A stretch of DNA of 64,000 nucleotides from Arenicellales bacterium (GCA_965231865.1 CBDDOJ010000001.1:509359-573358), one strand, 5' to 3'; positions 8,159-18,842 are shown, numbered from the stretch's first letter. The notes: generated by a model from the sequence alone, not told the origin. Numbers and translations are program-made.

Positions 8159-10000
8159 ATGACCTTTCGTATTAAACTGATAATCTCCCTGGTTGGTCTG
8201 GCCATCATCCCCTTGATTTTCGTCTCCCTGGTTCAGTTTAACTTTTCATCCAATGAAATCAAAAAACAGACCCGGGCCGAAGCACAAACGATTGTTACAA
8301 AAATCGACTATGAACTCCAGCAGTTGTATCGACACGCTATATTTACCCTACGTGGCATCAGTGAACTGGATGCCATCGAGTCCAATCTCACTCCCTTCCC
8401 TTCAGACACCCTGCGAAATGACATTGAAGCCCTGCTCGACAGGTCGTTGAGTATCACTCCATTGTTTGCGTCCTACCAGATTGTGGATAGCAATGGAAAC
8501 CAGCTCTATAAATCCTATCGAGACAAATCCATCAAGATCAAGTATCTCCAGAACCTGCATGATCGCACCTATTTCAGTCAGGCGATGAAAACAGGGAAAG
8601 GGGTCATTTCTGAAATTATTATTGCCCGGACAACCAAGAAACCCATTGTTATCCTCGGCCACCCGATACTGGACAAGGAAGGGAAACCTCTGGGCGTGGT
8701 ATCCGGGGTAATCGATTTCCAGGAAATTATCAACCTTATCAAGGCTTTGAAGGTATCCGAAGGCGCCTATCCCTTTATTACCTCAAAAAATGGACTGATT
8801 CTTGCCCATACCAACAATGACATGGTCGCCAAAAAGAATATTTTTGAGATAGCCATTTTTTCCCCTGAAGACAGGGAGACCGTCACCACTGCCAGTGAAG
8901 GGTTTGTCAGCTATACCTACCACCCGGTTTTTGACAGCCCCCATGCACAACCGGATTCCATTTCATTGGAACATTTTCTCTATTTCCTGAAAAGTGAATC
9001 GGATCATTCGGTCATCTATTACTCCATCCCGAAATCCGATTTCTTCCAGACGATCGACAAAATAAAAATAGTGATTGGTTCCGTCGTGGTGATTGTTTCC
9101 ATTCTGTTTGTACTGATCGCTGTCTTTGTTTCAAGAAAAATTGAAGATGCGCTGGAAGAAGTTCGGCTGGCCAATATCAAGACAGAAGAGAAAAACAAGG
9201 AACTCCATACCCTGGCGAACAAGCTCGCAAAGTACCTGTCACCGCAACTCTACCAGTCCATTTTCTCGGGGAAAAAGGATGTCAAGCTGGAAACCTACCG
9301 CAAAAAATTAACCGTCTTTTTCTCGGATATTGAGAATTTCTCATCCATAACAGACAGTATGCAGTCTGAATCACTGTCTGATTTATTAAACGAATATCTC
9401 AATGAAATGTCCCGTATTGCGATTAAACACGGAGGAACCATCGACAAGTATATCGGCGATGCCATCATGATCTTTTTTGGTGACCCGGAAACAAAGGGCG
9501 AAAAAGAAGATGCCTACCATTGCATTGCCATGGCCATTGAAATGCGCGAAGCCATGAACCATCTTCAGGGATTATGGACCTCCAAGGGCATTACCACTCC
9601 TCTTCGAATCAGAATTGGAGTGCATTCCGGCTATTGCACGATTGGCAACTTCGGTTCTGAAGAGCGCCTGGATTATACGATTGTGGGGGGATCGGTGAAT
9701 CTGGCCAGCAGGCTCGAGTCACATGCCAATGTCGACTCAATCCTCATTTCCCACGAGACATACGGCCTGATCAAGGACCGTATTCTTTGTAAACTGCGGG
9801 GAGAGATCACGGTAAAGGGCATCGCGTACCCGGTGAGAACCTACGAGGTCATCGACTTCATAGAGGGGGCCCGGGACCACCAGAACTATACCGTGAACAA
9901 CAAAAGACTGCGGTTATCCATCAACATCGGCTCTCGTGCCGACAAGGACAAGGTGATCTCTGAACTGAATGAAACCATTGCCCGGATCAAGCATTCGTGA
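8159..10000 (+). CDS. Membrane-bound Cache-sensor class III adenylate/guanylate cyclase
   Basis: N-terminal TM, then a periplasmic Cache-like region (aa ~40-300) and a second TM. The C-terminal cyclase homology domain reads KLTVFFSDIENFSSITD...GGTIDKYIGDAIMIFFGDP...RIGVHSGYCTIGNFGS. Confidence 0.85.
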   Translation: MTFRIKLIISLVGLAIIPLIFVSLVQFNFSSNEIKKQTRAEAQTIVTKIDYELQQLYRHAIFTLRGISELDAIESNLTPFPSDTLRNDIEALLDRSLSITPLFASYQIVDSNGNQLYKSYRDKSIKIKYLQNLHDRTYFSQAMKTGKGVISEIIIARTTKKPIVILGHPILDKEGKPLGVVSGVIDFQEIINLIKALKVSEGAYPFITSKNGLILAHTNNDMVAKKNIFEIAIFSPEDRETVTTASEGFVSYTYHPVFDSPHAQPDSISLEHFLYFLKSESDHSVIYYSIPKSDFFQTIDKIKIVIGSVVVIVSILFVLIAVFVSRKIEDALEEVRLANIKTEEKNKELHTLANKLAKYLSPQLYQSIFSGKKDVKLETYRKKLTVFFSDIENFSSITDSMQSESLSDLLNEYLNEMSRIAIKHGGTIDKYIGDAIMIFFGDPETKGEKEDAYHCIAMAIEMREAMNHLQGLWTSKGITTPLRIRIGVHSGYCTIGNFGSEERLDYTIVGGSVNLASRLESHANVDSILISHETYGLIKDRILCKLRGEITVKGIAYPVRTYEVIDFIEGARDHQNYTVNNKRLRLSINIGSRADKDKVISELNETIARIKHS

Positions 10001-10006
10001 ACAGGT

Positions 10007-10050
10007 CGCTGTGCCGGGCCTTTCTCCATGGAGAAAGGCCCGGCACAGCG
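10007..10050. terminator. 44-nt perfect palindrome between convergent genes (probable bidirectional terminator hairpin, no U-tract)
   Basis: CGCTGTGCCGGGCCTTTCTCCATGGAGAAAGGCCCGGCACAGCG equals its own reverse complement. It lies between the cyclase stop (10000) and the AOR stop (10070). Confidence 0.55.
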
Positions 10051-10069
10051 GACAACCATACGGGCTGCC

Positions 10070-11890
10070 CTAAATGCCCAGTTCAGACAGTTTTTCCCTG
10101 CTCGGCACGCCTTCTTCTGACCAGCCGCGAAATCGGTAATATTCCGGCAGCATCACTCCGATTTCCGCTACACCGCCCTTGTTGAATCCCTCTGGCGCAG
10201 GGTCTTCAAGCATTCGGGGCGGCAGGGTATCGTCTTTCCTTCCCAGGCCGGCCTTCAGGTTAAACAGCTTTTCAAGATTCCAGATCCGTTCACCGGTCAG
10301 GCGAAGCCTTTCCACATCCCATTCACCGGGCAAATCCGCATTGATCATCCTTGCAAAATCCTCGTATCCCCAGGTCCCGGTGGTGAACAGGCAAAGCCCG
10401 GATGAATCCACCATGGAAACAAAGTTCTGGGTGACTGCACAGGCTTCGGCCTTGCCCCGGGTACCCGGATCTTCATAATCTTCCGCAAATGTATCGTGAC
10501 GCAGATGGCATGCACCGCGATTGCTGGTGGCATACCCCAGACCCATGCCCTGCATGGCGCGTCCGTCATAGCCCGCAAATTCCTGCCCCTTGGCCACCAT
10601 GGCCAACTCTGGATGGCCATATTTCTCGCACAGCAATTTCGAACCCAATCCCAGCTCCTTCCCGAATCCTTCATATTTCCCCGTCTTTTCCGACATCACC
10701 ACCAGTGCTTCAGCGCTGCCAAAACGAAGATCTATTCCATCCGTCTGCCGGGAGGTGATCACCCCCATTTCATACAGCTCCATTGCGGCCGCCAGGGTGA
10801 CGCCAAAAGAGATGGGGTCCATTCCATGTTCATTCATCATGAACCCGGCAAAAGTCAGTGCGTCCAGGTCGTCGACCCCCACAACCGGTCCAAAGGCGAA
10901 GGCCGTTTCATATTCCAGCCCCCCCGAAGCCACATGGTATTCCGGGCGGTCCCGAACGCTGAAATGCCCGGGGTCGATCTTTGAAATCCGCCCGCAGCCA
11001 ATGGTGCAGCCAAAGCAGGCCGCATTTCGAATCAGGTTGGTATGCCCGTTTCGATGTTGTATGGTGACTGATTTATGATTGATTTTCCCGGCACCGTCAA
11101 ATTTAACCTTGCGAAAATTTTCCGTGGGCAAGCCGCCGAATTCCTGCATGCTGTCCAGCATGGCATGGGTTCCGTAACGCATCAAGCCCCGTCGATTGCT
11201 GCTCCCATGCAATACGGCATTCACTTCCTTCACCACTTTCATGAATTCATCCGGGTGATCATCCCGAACACCAATGGTCCCCCGGGCAGCAATCGCTTTG
11301 AGGTTCTTGCTGCCCATCACCGCCCCCACGCCGGAACGCCCCGCTGCCCGGTGCAAATCATTGACCACACAGGCGAAACGGACCTGGTTTTCCCCGGATA
11401 CCCCGATCGCCGCCACCTTGATCTGGGGGTCCTGGTGTTTCGTGTGCAACCATTCGTCGGTATACCAGACCGTTTTCCCCCAGATTTCATCCGCCGGCAG
11501 AATCTCCACTTTATCGTCACAGATATTGAGATAGACCGGTGTTTCGGACCTGCCCCGGATGATGAGCAGGTCATACCCTGCAAATTTGAGTTCTGCACCA
11601 AATTTCCCGCCGGAATTGGAACAGGCAATGGCTCCTGTCAGGGGGCCTTTGGTGACCACGGCATATCGACCACTGGTGGAGGCCATGGTGCCCCCCAGCG
11701 GTCCGGTGGCAAAAATCAGCACATTGTCCGGGCCAAGGGGGTCCACTGCAGGATCCATTTCCTCGCTGAGATACTTCGTTCCCAGCCCCCTGGAACCCAG
11801 GTAGGCATTGGCCCACTCCATATTCAGCGGCTCAATGGAAGTGGTTCCGGCGCTCAGGTCCACACGCAATACTTTCTTTTGCCAACTCAT
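10070..11890 (-). CDS. aor: Aldehyde:ferredoxin oxidoreductase family (tungstopterin / 4Fe-4S enzyme)
   Basis: 606 aa. The N-terminus KVLRVDLSAGTTSIEPLNMEWANAYLGSRGLGTKYL and the overall length and composition are characteristic of AOR-family enzymes. Confidence 0.88.
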   Translation of the reverse strand: MSWQKKVLRVDLSAGTTSIEPLNMEWANAYLGSRGLGTKYLSEEMDPAVDPLGPDNVLIFATGPLGGTMASTSGRYAVVTKGPLTGAIACSNSGGKFGAELKFAGYDLLIIRGRSETPVYLNICDDKVEILPADEIWGKTVWYTDEWLHTKHQDPQIKVAAIGVSGENQVRFACVVNDLHRAAGRSGVGAVMGSKNLKAIAARGTIGVRDDHPDEFMKVVKEVNAVLHGSSNRRGLMRYGTHAMLDSMQEFGGLPTENFRKVKFDGAGKINHKSVTIQHRNGHTNLIRNAACFGCTIGCGRISKIDPGHFSVRDRPEYHVASGGLEYETAFAFGPVVGVDDLDALTFAGFMMNEHGMDPISFGVTLAAAMELYEMGVITSRQTDGIDLRFGSAEALVVMSEKTGKYEGFGKELGLGSKLLCEKYGHPELAMVAKGQEFAGYDGRAMQGMGLGYATSNRGACHLRHDTFAEDYEDPGTRGKAEACAVTQNFVSMVDSSGLCLFTTGTWGYEDFARMINADLPGEWDVERLRLTGERIWNLEKLFNLKAGLGRKDDTLPPRMLEDPAPEGFNKGGVAEIGVMLPEYYRFRGWSEEGVPSREKLSELGI

Positions 11891-11972
11891 AATCGTTCTC
11901 CATCTTGAACAGGAATTATTTTTGATACCGATATCATCCTAAAATTCAGAAATTTATTCCAGTACCCGACCC

Positions 11973-13739
11973 TTACCATATCCATAAAATCATCGGTACC
12001 GACACCCCTACGATCACAACATCCAGCGGCAATCCCATCCGCCAGTAATCCCCAAACTGGTAGCCGCCCGGCCCCATCACCAGGGTGTTGGACTGATGCC
12101 CGATGGGAGTCAGGTACGGGGAAGCAGCACCCACCGCCACGGCCATGAGCAACGGGTCTGCGGACATGTCCATGATTTCTGCCAGACTGATTGCCAACGG
12201 CGCCATGAGAACGGCGGTAGGAGAATTGTGGATCAAATCAGACAGGATCATGGAAATCACCACCAGCATACCGACCAGGACCCACAACGGCGCATCCAGG
12301 GCAACATAATAAATGCTCTGGGAGATCAGTTCTGTCGTGCCGGTTGAATGCAGCGATTCGCCAATGGGAATCAGGCATCCAAGGAGAACGATCACCGGCC
12401 ATTCAATACTGCGGTAGGCATCCCGCAGGGAAATGGCCTTCATCAATACCAAAACCAGACAACAGGTTGCAAAAGCAAGGGGAACCGTCAAAAGACCGAA
12501 CGCCGCCGCAAGAATACCGCTGACAAACACGGCCGGGATCAGGTACGCGCTGCTGCGCAGCCGCCGCTTGTGCGCTTTTCGGGTCAGCACCATGCAACCC
12601 AATGCCTTGACGGCCTGCCCCAGGGTCTTGTCCACACCCTGCAGCAACAGCACGTCTCCGGTTTGGAACCGGACCTGTCCCAACCTGAACATGGGCGTAC
12701 CGCCCTGCCGGGAGACCCCCAGCAGATTGATTCCGTAGCGGGCATGCAGCTGCAGGTCACGCATGGGAGACCCCTCCATCACGGAGTTGGGCATCACCAG
12801 CACTTCCATCACCCGGAGTTCCTCGGACTGCAGCATTTCACGGGTCATGACATTGTCTCCAATCTGGACGAGGCCCGGGGATGCAAACAGCGGCTGGAAG
12901 GACTCGGAATCCCCCTGCAAAATCAGAATATCCTCCTCAAGGATTTTTTCGGCGGTGGAGGGAGCCAGTCGGTTCCGTTTGTGCCGGATAATCGCCATCA
13001 CCGTGATTTCGTTTTCACAGACCTGTTCCAGGTCTCCCACCGTGGACCCGACCAGCGAGGAACCGGATGCCACCTTCACCTCGGAAATGTAGCGGGAGAT
13101 ATGGAAACGGTCCGTTGATTCTTCGGTGTCCTTGGAGGGGATCAACCTCCACCCTATGAAAATAATGAAGAGAAACCCGACCACCGCCACCGCCAGACCC
13201 ACCGGCGTGAAATCGAACATCCCGAAGGGCTCGCCCAGACTTTCCTGGCGGATCGCGGCAATAATGATATTGGGGGGGGTGCCGATGAGGGTAATCAGGC
13301 CACCGAGCAGGCTGGCGAAAGACAATGGCATCAGGATCGTGGAAACGGGCCGCCCGGCTTTCTTGGCATCACGGATACTTACGGGGAGCATCAACGCCAA
13401 TGCACCCACGTTGTTCATGAACGCTGACAGCATCCCGACTACCCCGCAATTGGCCGCAATCTGACCCGTGGAACTGCGCTTGGTACCATCCAGGAATCGC
13501 AGCAACACTTCAACCAGGCCGGAATTCTGCAATGCCCGGCTGATAACCAGGACGCAGGCTACCGTGATGACCGCGGGATGGGAAAAACCGGTAAACGCCC
13601 TGTCCGGCTCCACAATTCCAAGATAAACCGCTGCCATCAACGCCATCCCTGCGACGACATCGTATCGCCAGCGATTCCAGATAAACAGGACAATAACCGC
13701 TCCAAGAAGAGCAAAAAGACTGATTTGATCGGCATCCAT
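11973..13739 (-). CDS. SLC13/DASS-type anion permease with central TrkA-C domains
   Basis: 588 aa. Polytopic N- and C-terminal halves surround a soluble central region of two TrkA-C-like repeats (aa ~210-390). This is the typical YfbS/CitT-like architecture. Confidence 0.78.
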   Translation of the reverse strand: MDADQISLFALLGAVIVLFIWNRWRYDVVAGMALMAAVYLGIVEPDRAFTGFSHPAVITVACVLVISRALQNSGLVEVLLRFLDGTKRSSTGQIAANCGVVGMLSAFMNNVGALALMLPVSIRDAKKAGRPVSTILMPLSFASLLGGLITLIGTPPNIIIAAIRQESLGEPFGMFDFTPVGLAVAVVGFLFIIFIGWRLIPSKDTEESTDRFHISRYISEVKVASGSSLVGSTVGDLEQVCENEITVMAIIRHKRNRLAPSTAEKILEEDILILQGDSESFQPLFASPGLVQIGDNVMTREMLQSEELRVMEVLVMPNSVMEGSPMRDLQLHARYGINLLGVSRQGGTPMFRLGQVRFQTGDVLLLQGVDKTLGQAVKALGCMVLTRKAHKRRLRSSAYLIPAVFVSGILAAAFGLLTVPLAFATCCLVLVLMKAISLRDAYRSIEWPVIVLLGCLIPIGESLHSTGTTELISQSIYYVALDAPLWVLVGMLVVISMILSDLIHNSPTAVLMAPLAISLAEIMDMSADPLLMAVAVGAASPYLTPIGHQSNTLVMGPGGYQFGDYWRMGLPLDVVIVGVSVPMILWIW

Positions 13740-13945
13740 GCGGTGATTCTTACATAATTTCGCCGTTCAAAGTAGCGGATATATTCCTGCCCGGGATAAA
13801 TTTAAAATATAAGACCCCATCGGGACCGGCGGCCTACAGGCATCCCGTGGCGGATTGTAGAACAACAGGGCAACCATGGACGGGTAGCCATCACGAAGGT
13901 GCAACGGCCCCTTTTCTACCCTTTCCCTGTCCAGTCCGCAACGCT

Positions 13946-14506
13946 CTAGACCTCCCCGAACAAAAAGAACTGCCCAGCGCTGTAAACCCCTGCCCGGTTT
14001 TCACGGATTCCCGCTTCAGGGTCTGCTACCAGCAGATTGGCCAACTCGTAAAAAACGGAACGAACAATCTTCGCTTTCAACCCGTCTCTAACCATGACAT
14101 AGGGCGATGGCTCCTGGTTTTCCGGGTCCACGGTAACGATTATCGGGTGATCCGCATCCGCCAGTACGACCTCATCCATGTTGGTCCGGAAAAACAGTTC
14201 CTGGTCCTTCCCGTTTCCCCGCACCTGGAGTTCCACTGCGGTAAACGGGGCATCTTCAACCTGAATCCGGTATTTTACGGGCGGGGTAACCAGGTAGTAT
14301 TCCCTGCCTTCAAGGCGCAAGACAGTTGAAAACAGTTTTGAGATACGATGCCGCTGGATCGGGGAATCCTGATAAAACCACTTTCCCCGGTGATCGATTC
14401 TCAGTCCGATATCAACGGATTTGGCCGGATGCCATTTCTCTACGGGTGGAAGTCTGAAGGCATCCAGTTCGTTGAACAGATCCTTGATGTTCAGTACGGA
14501 ACTCAA
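13946..14506 (-). CDS. DUF1285-like protein (TTG start)
   Basis: 186-aa ORF. The pattern W.Y..SPI.R..I.KLFSTVL..EG.EYYLVTP..K..I.VEDAPF recalls the DUF1285 family. There is no ATG option, so the start is TTG at 14506. Confidence 0.55.
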   Translation of the reverse strand: MSSVLNIKDLFNELDAFRLPPVEKWHPAKSVDIGLRIDHRGKWFYQDSPIQRHRISKLFSTVLRLEGREYYLVTPPVKYRIQVEDAPFTAVELQVRGNGKDQELFFRTNMDEVVLADADHPIIVTVDPENQEPSPYVMVRDGLKAKIVRSVFYELANLLVADPEAGIRENRAGVYSAGQFFLFGEV

Positions 14507-14534
14507 CGATTTTTATTGGGCGATTTTTATTGGG
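14507..14534. repeat. Perfect tandem duplication of a 14-mer (CGATTTTTATTGGG x2)
   Basis: 14507-14520 and 14521-14534 are identical. They sit between the hrcA stop (14573) and the DUF1285 start (14506). Confidence 0.9.
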
Positions 14535-14572
14535 CGGGAATGCGCAGCCTGGCCCGGTGGCCCGGGAATGAA

Positions 14573-15649
14573 TTACTGGGCATTGTTGGCACTGAGTGCG
14601 CTGCCCAACAGTTTTGCCGTAACATCCACCACGGAGATCACTTCATCATATTGCATTCGGGTTGGGCCAATGACCCCCAGCATCCCCACCTTTTTGTGGT
14701 CCATTTCATAGGGAGCCACGATCACGCTGCAATCCTTGAATGGCTCATATCCCGATTCCTCGCCAATAAATATATTGACCCCCTCGGCGAACATGCTTTT
14801 TTGCAACAGATCAAACAGCACCTGCTTGGTCTTGAACATGTCAAACAATTTACGCAACTTGCTGAGTTCCAACAACTCCGGGATGGACAGTAAATTGTTT
14901 TCACCACTGACCAGTACGCTTTCGGTGGCCTGGAAATCATCGTCGAAAAGCTGGCCGGCCATCTTGACGGCGGTACGCATTTCCCGGTGCATGCTCCGGT
15001 GGTCCCGACGCATATGCCTCAGCAACTCCTCCCGCACCCTCTTGAGGGACCTGGTGCTGTACTCTACATTGAAATAATTGGCCGCCTCGGTGAGTTCGGA
15101 TTCGGTATATTCACGATGGGCAGTGAGAACCTTGTTCTGGACCTGTCCATCATTCGTCACCAGGATCGCGAGAACGCGCTGATCAGACAATCTCAGAAAC
15201 TCAATCTGCTTGATCTGCACAGCGCCCATGTCCGGCATGGATACAATGCCGGCAAATGAAGTGATTTGAGACAGCATTTCAGTGGCTCCGTACAGAATGC
15301 TGTTGATGCTGTTCACACTGTTCGGATCCGAGATATCACTGAATCTTTCCGTCATTGCACTCAGGGAGTGACTGTCCATCGGCCCGATTTTCAACAAACC
15401 GTTGATAAAAACCCGATAACCCTTGATGGTCGGCACCCGGCCGGCTGAAGTGTGGGGAGCGTGAATCAATCCATAGTCCTCCAGATCCGCCATGACATTG
15501 CGGATGGTTGCCGGACTGAGCGAAAGTTCCATTTCCTTTGCCAGAGTACGGGACCCGATGGGAGTACCTTCTTCGATATGACGACGAATCAGTCCCTTGA
15601 GAACCAATTGGGCCCGTTCACTCAGCCCCAGATCTTTTGCTTCAGTCAT
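14573..15649 (-). CDS. hrcA: Heat-inducible transcription repressor HrcA
   Basis: 358 aa. The N-terminal winged-helix region reads LSERAQLVLKGLIRRHIEEGTPIGSRTLAKEMELSLSPATIRNVMADLEDYGLIHAPHTSAGRVPT. Confidence 0.9.
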   Translation of the reverse strand: MTEAKDLGLSERAQLVLKGLIRRHIEEGTPIGSRTLAKEMELSLSPATIRNVMADLEDYGLIHAPHTSAGRVPTIKGYRVFINGLLKIGPMDSHSLSAMTERFSDISDPNSVNSINSILYGATEMLSQITSFAGIVSMPDMGAVQIKQIEFLRLSDQRVLAILVTNDGQVQNKVLTAHREYTESELTEAANYFNVEYSTRSLKRVREELLRHMRRDHRSMHREMRTAVKMAGQLFDDDFQATESVLVSGENNLLSIPELLELSKLRKLFDMFKTKQVLFDLLQKSMFAEGVNIFIGEESGYEPFKDCSVIVAPYEMDHKKVGMLGVIGPTRMQYDEVISVVDVTAKLLGSALSANNAQ

Positions 15650-15796
15650 TCAAACTCGGCGATGGGTGGGTAGTACTGAAAAACTGTGAATACCATGCGA
15701 ACGCTACCAATCCAGCCGCCATTCTGTCAAGATTCTTATGAATTTTATTCGGCAGATACAACCTAATGTATAATGCCCCTTTTGATCTGTGCAGCA

Positions 15797-16663
15797 ATGG
15801 TGAAAATCTCTAAAGTCGGTCTTTTCGGAAAATTCAACGACAACAGTGTGGCAGATGCCATTACCGAGGTGAAGAATTTCCTGGAAAGAAAACAGCTGTC
15901 TGTGCTCCTTGGCAATACCACCGCAGACAAGATCCAGGGAGACCGCATAGACAACTACGACGGCCCGCTGGGAGAACTGATTGATCTGGCCATTGTGGTG
16001 GGAGGAGATGGCACCATGTTAAACGCCGCCCGCCTCCTGTCAGATCATGCCATTCCCGCCATCGGTGTGAATCTTGGCCGCCTGGGATTCCTGACCGATA
16101 TCAGTTTACACGAACTGGAACCGAGTTTAACCGCCGTCCTGGAAGGAAAGTGTTACGTGGAACTCAGGACGATGCTGCAATGCCGGGTGCTGGAGGAACG
16201 AAAGGAGATGTTTTCCGGTATTTCCCTGAACGACATCGTGATCTCCAAAGGCAATTCCGGACGTTTGATCGAATTTGAAACCCGCGTCAACCGCCAGTAC
16301 ATTGCCCATACCCGCAGTGATGGACTCATTCTTTCCACCCCGACCGGGTCCACGGCGTATGCCCTGTCCGCAGGGGGGCCCATCATTTCTCCGGGATTGC
16401 CGGTCATCAGCATGGCCCCCATTTGCCCGCATACCCTGAGCAACCGGCCCATCATTCTCAATGAAAACGACGAGGTAGTGATCTCTGCCCTGAAAGTCCG
16501 GGAATCCAACGCCAACCTGATCCTGGATGGTGTCATCAGTTATCACCTGAACGGCAGGGAAACCATCACGGTACAACGGGCACCCAAAAAGTTGCGAATG
16601 ATGCACATGGAAGGGTTCAACTACTTCGAAACTCTTCGCTCAAAACTCGGCTGGACCGGTTGA
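15797..16663 (+). CDS. nadK: NAD kinase
   Basis: GGDGTMLNAAR and the NDIVI...G and TPTGSTAYALSAGGPI motifs are present. I prefer the start at ATG 15797 (MVKISKVGLFGK) because the track start at 15773 lies directly on a TATAAT-like hexamer (15766-15771). Confidence 0.9.
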   Translation: MVKISKVGLFGKFNDNSVADAITEVKNFLERKQLSVLLGNTTADKIQGDRIDNYDGPLGELIDLAIVVGGDGTMLNAARLLSDHAIPAIGVNLGRLGFLTDISLHELEPSLTAVLEGKCYVELRTMLQCRVLEERKEMFSGISLNDIVISKGNSGRLIEFETRVNRQYIAHTRSDGLILSTPTGSTAYALSAGGPIISPGLPVISMAPICPHTLSNRPIILNENDEVVISALKVRESNANLILDGVISYHLNGRETITVQRAPKKLRMMHMEGFNYFETLRSKLGWTG

Positions 16664-16698
16664 GCAGGCCTTCCCAACCCCCTGCGCATACCCCGGAC

Positions 16699-18363
16699 AT
16701 GATTGACTGGCTTGAAATAAGGCAATTTGCCATTGCCGAACACGTTGAACTGGAGTTCGATGACGGTTTTACAACGATTACAGGAGAAACCGGTTCGGGG
16801 AAATCCATCCTGATCGATGCCATCGGGATTCTTCTTGGCCACCGGTCGGATACGAGTTATCTCCGGCACAACCATGACACGGCTGAGATTCAGGCCGGAT
16901 TTTCCCTGACCCCGGGCCATCCCGCTTCAGCGTGGCTGGACGAACAGGGACTGAACAATGAACAGGAGTGCATACTCCGTCGTATTCTCCGCAGAGGAAA
17001 ACCCAGCAGAAATTATATCAATGGTCATGCGGTCACGGTTTCACAGCTCAGGGAGATTGGCCGGGAACTGGTGGATATACACGGCCAGAACAAACATCAT
17101 TCCCTGCTCAGGAAACCCGTGCAGCTCAATCTGGTGGACAGCGCATCCGGAAATGATGCATTGCTGATCGACCTGCAGGAGTGCTACCGGGCCCTGAACG
17201 ACATTGCGGCCCGGATTGACCTGTACCAGGACCAGAGCCAGACCGCCCGGCAACGGGCTGATTTGCTGAAATTCCAGATTGAGGAACTCAATGAACTCTC
17301 CCCCCGGGCCGACGAGTGGCCGGTTCTTGAAAACCGGCACAAAAAGCTGAATCACCTCCAGGAACTGCTCAGTGGCGCCCGGTCCGCCGCCAGTGCCCTG
17401 GTTGAGGATGACCAGGACAACGTGGCATCACGATTGGCACGAACCACCCAGCAGCTCGAAGTGTTGTCCGGATTTGATGACAGCCTGAGGCCCGTGGTAC
17501 AGATGGTGGAAGAAGCCAGGATTCTCGTTGAAGAAGCGGCCAGCCAGCTGAGTCCGGTCTATCAGGACAGCGACGTTGACCCGGATGAAATCGCCGGAAT
17601 AGAGAAGAGAATGTCTCTTTATCATTTCCTGTCCCGAAAACACCGCGTCCATCCCGGAGAATTGTCCGCTCACCTGGACGACATGAAAGAGGAACTGGAG
17701 AGATTGACAGACCCTGAAAGTGAATTGACGCGATTAACGAAGCGGTATCAATCCGAGTCCCGGAAATACAGGGCCATCGCTGACAAGATTACTGCAAATC
17801 GCAAACGAACATCCCGCCATCTCGGCCAGGCGGTTACTTCCATCCTCCAGGAACTGGGCATGGCAGGGGGGAAATTTGAAATTCTCCTGCTGCCCGCCGA
17901 CCCGGACCGTTTTACACGATATGGCAATGAAACAGTGGAATTTGTCGTTTCCACCAACCCGGGGCAACCGCTGCAGCCCCTGCGCAAGGTCGCATCCGGG
18001 GGTGAACTGTCCCGAATGTCCCTGGGCATTCAGGTGGTTCTCGCCAACAAAGCCCGGGTGCCTACACTGATATTCGATGAAGTCGATGTTGGCATCGGCG
18101 GAGAAGTGGCCCATGTCGTAGGGCAAAAGCTGAAGGAACTGGGGAAATCGGCACAGGTGATCTGCATCACGCACCTGTTTCAGATAGCGGCCCGGGGAGA
18201 TTCCCATTTCTGCGTGGTCAAGCAGGGAAACAAACAGGTCGAGACCCAGGTCCGACAACTGTCGGAAGAACAGCGGATCGAAGAAATTGCACGCATGACC
18301 GTCGGTGAAAAAATTACCGCCCAGTCACTGGCACAGGCCAGGGAGATGCTTGAACCATTATGA
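16699..18363 (+). CDS. recN: DNA repair protein RecN
   Basis: I prefer the start at ATG 16699 (MIDWLEIRQFAIAEHVELEF...). Walker A is GETGSGKSILIDAIG, followed by a coiled-coil middle. The C-terminal signature is ASGGELSRMSLGIQV...LIFDEVDVGIGG. Confidence 0.9.
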   Translation: MIDWLEIRQFAIAEHVELEFDDGFTTITGETGSGKSILIDAIGILLGHRSDTSYLRHNHDTAEIQAGFSLTPGHPASAWLDEQGLNNEQECILRRILRRGKPSRNYINGHAVTVSQLREIGRELVDIHGQNKHHSLLRKPVQLNLVDSASGNDALLIDLQECYRALNDIAARIDLYQDQSQTARQRADLLKFQIEELNELSPRADEWPVLENRHKKLNHLQELLSGARSAASALVEDDQDNVASRLARTTQQLEVLSGFDDSLRPVVQMVEEARILVEEAASQLSPVYQDSDVDPDEIAGIEKRMSLYHFLSRKHRVHPGELSAHLDDMKEELERLTDPESELTRLTKRYQSESRKYRAIADKITANRKRTSRHLGQAVTSILQELGMAGGKFEILLLPADPDRFTRYGNETVEFVVSTNPGQPLQPLRKVASGGELSRMSLGIQVVLANKARVPTLIFDEVDVGIGGEVAHVVGQKLKELGKSAQVICITHLFQIAARGDSHFCVVKQGNKQVETQVRQLSEEQRIEEIARMTVGEKITAQSLAQAREMLEPL

Positions 18364-18842
18364 CCGGAACCGCCCATACAGTACGAGACCGCATTCGCCC
18401 TGCCCGCCTGGAGGATGTCAACGAAATCTTCCGGCTGTTACAATTCTACAGCAACCGTGGTATCCTTTTGCCCCGTCCTGAAAGCGATATCTACCATTCT
18501 CTGCGGGACTTCTATGTCGTCAAGGCCCATGGCCGGGTGATCGCCTGTGCGGCATTGCTGATTTACACCAAAGAGCTGGGCGAAGTACGAAGTCTGGCGG
18601 TGGACCCGCAATACCAGAACCGGGGGCTTGGATACAAGCTGGTCAATCAACTCGAGGAGGATGCCCGGGGCATTGGCCTGACCAAACTCATGGCGCTGAC
18701 CTACGTGGTGGATTTTTTTGAAAAGCTTGGCTTCACGGTGGTGGAAATGAACCAATTGCCTGAAAAGGTATGGGGAGCCTGCATCAATTGCCCCAAATTT
18801 CAGCGCTGCGATGAAATAGCGGTATTGAAATATTTAATTTAA
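18360..18842 (+). CDS. GNAT-family N-acetyltransferase (small ArgA-like)
   Basis: The acetyl-CoA motif VDPQYQNRGLGYKLV is present. The ATG overlaps the recN stop as ATGA at 18360-18363. Confidence 0.8.
   Translation: MTGTAHTVRDRIRPARLEDVNEIFRLLQFYSNRGILLPRPESDIYHSLRDFYVVKAHGRVIACAALLIYTKELGEVRSLAVDPQYQNRGLGYKLVNQLEEDARGIGLTKLMALTYVVDFFEKLGFTVVEMNQLPEKVWGACINCPKFQRCDEIAVLKYLI

Noticed and set aside
15650-15796. CIRCE operator (TTAGCACTC-N9-GAGTGCTAA) expected near hrcA.
   Set aside because: I found no match in the hrcA-nadK intergenic region. Only a TATAAT-like hexamer is present.
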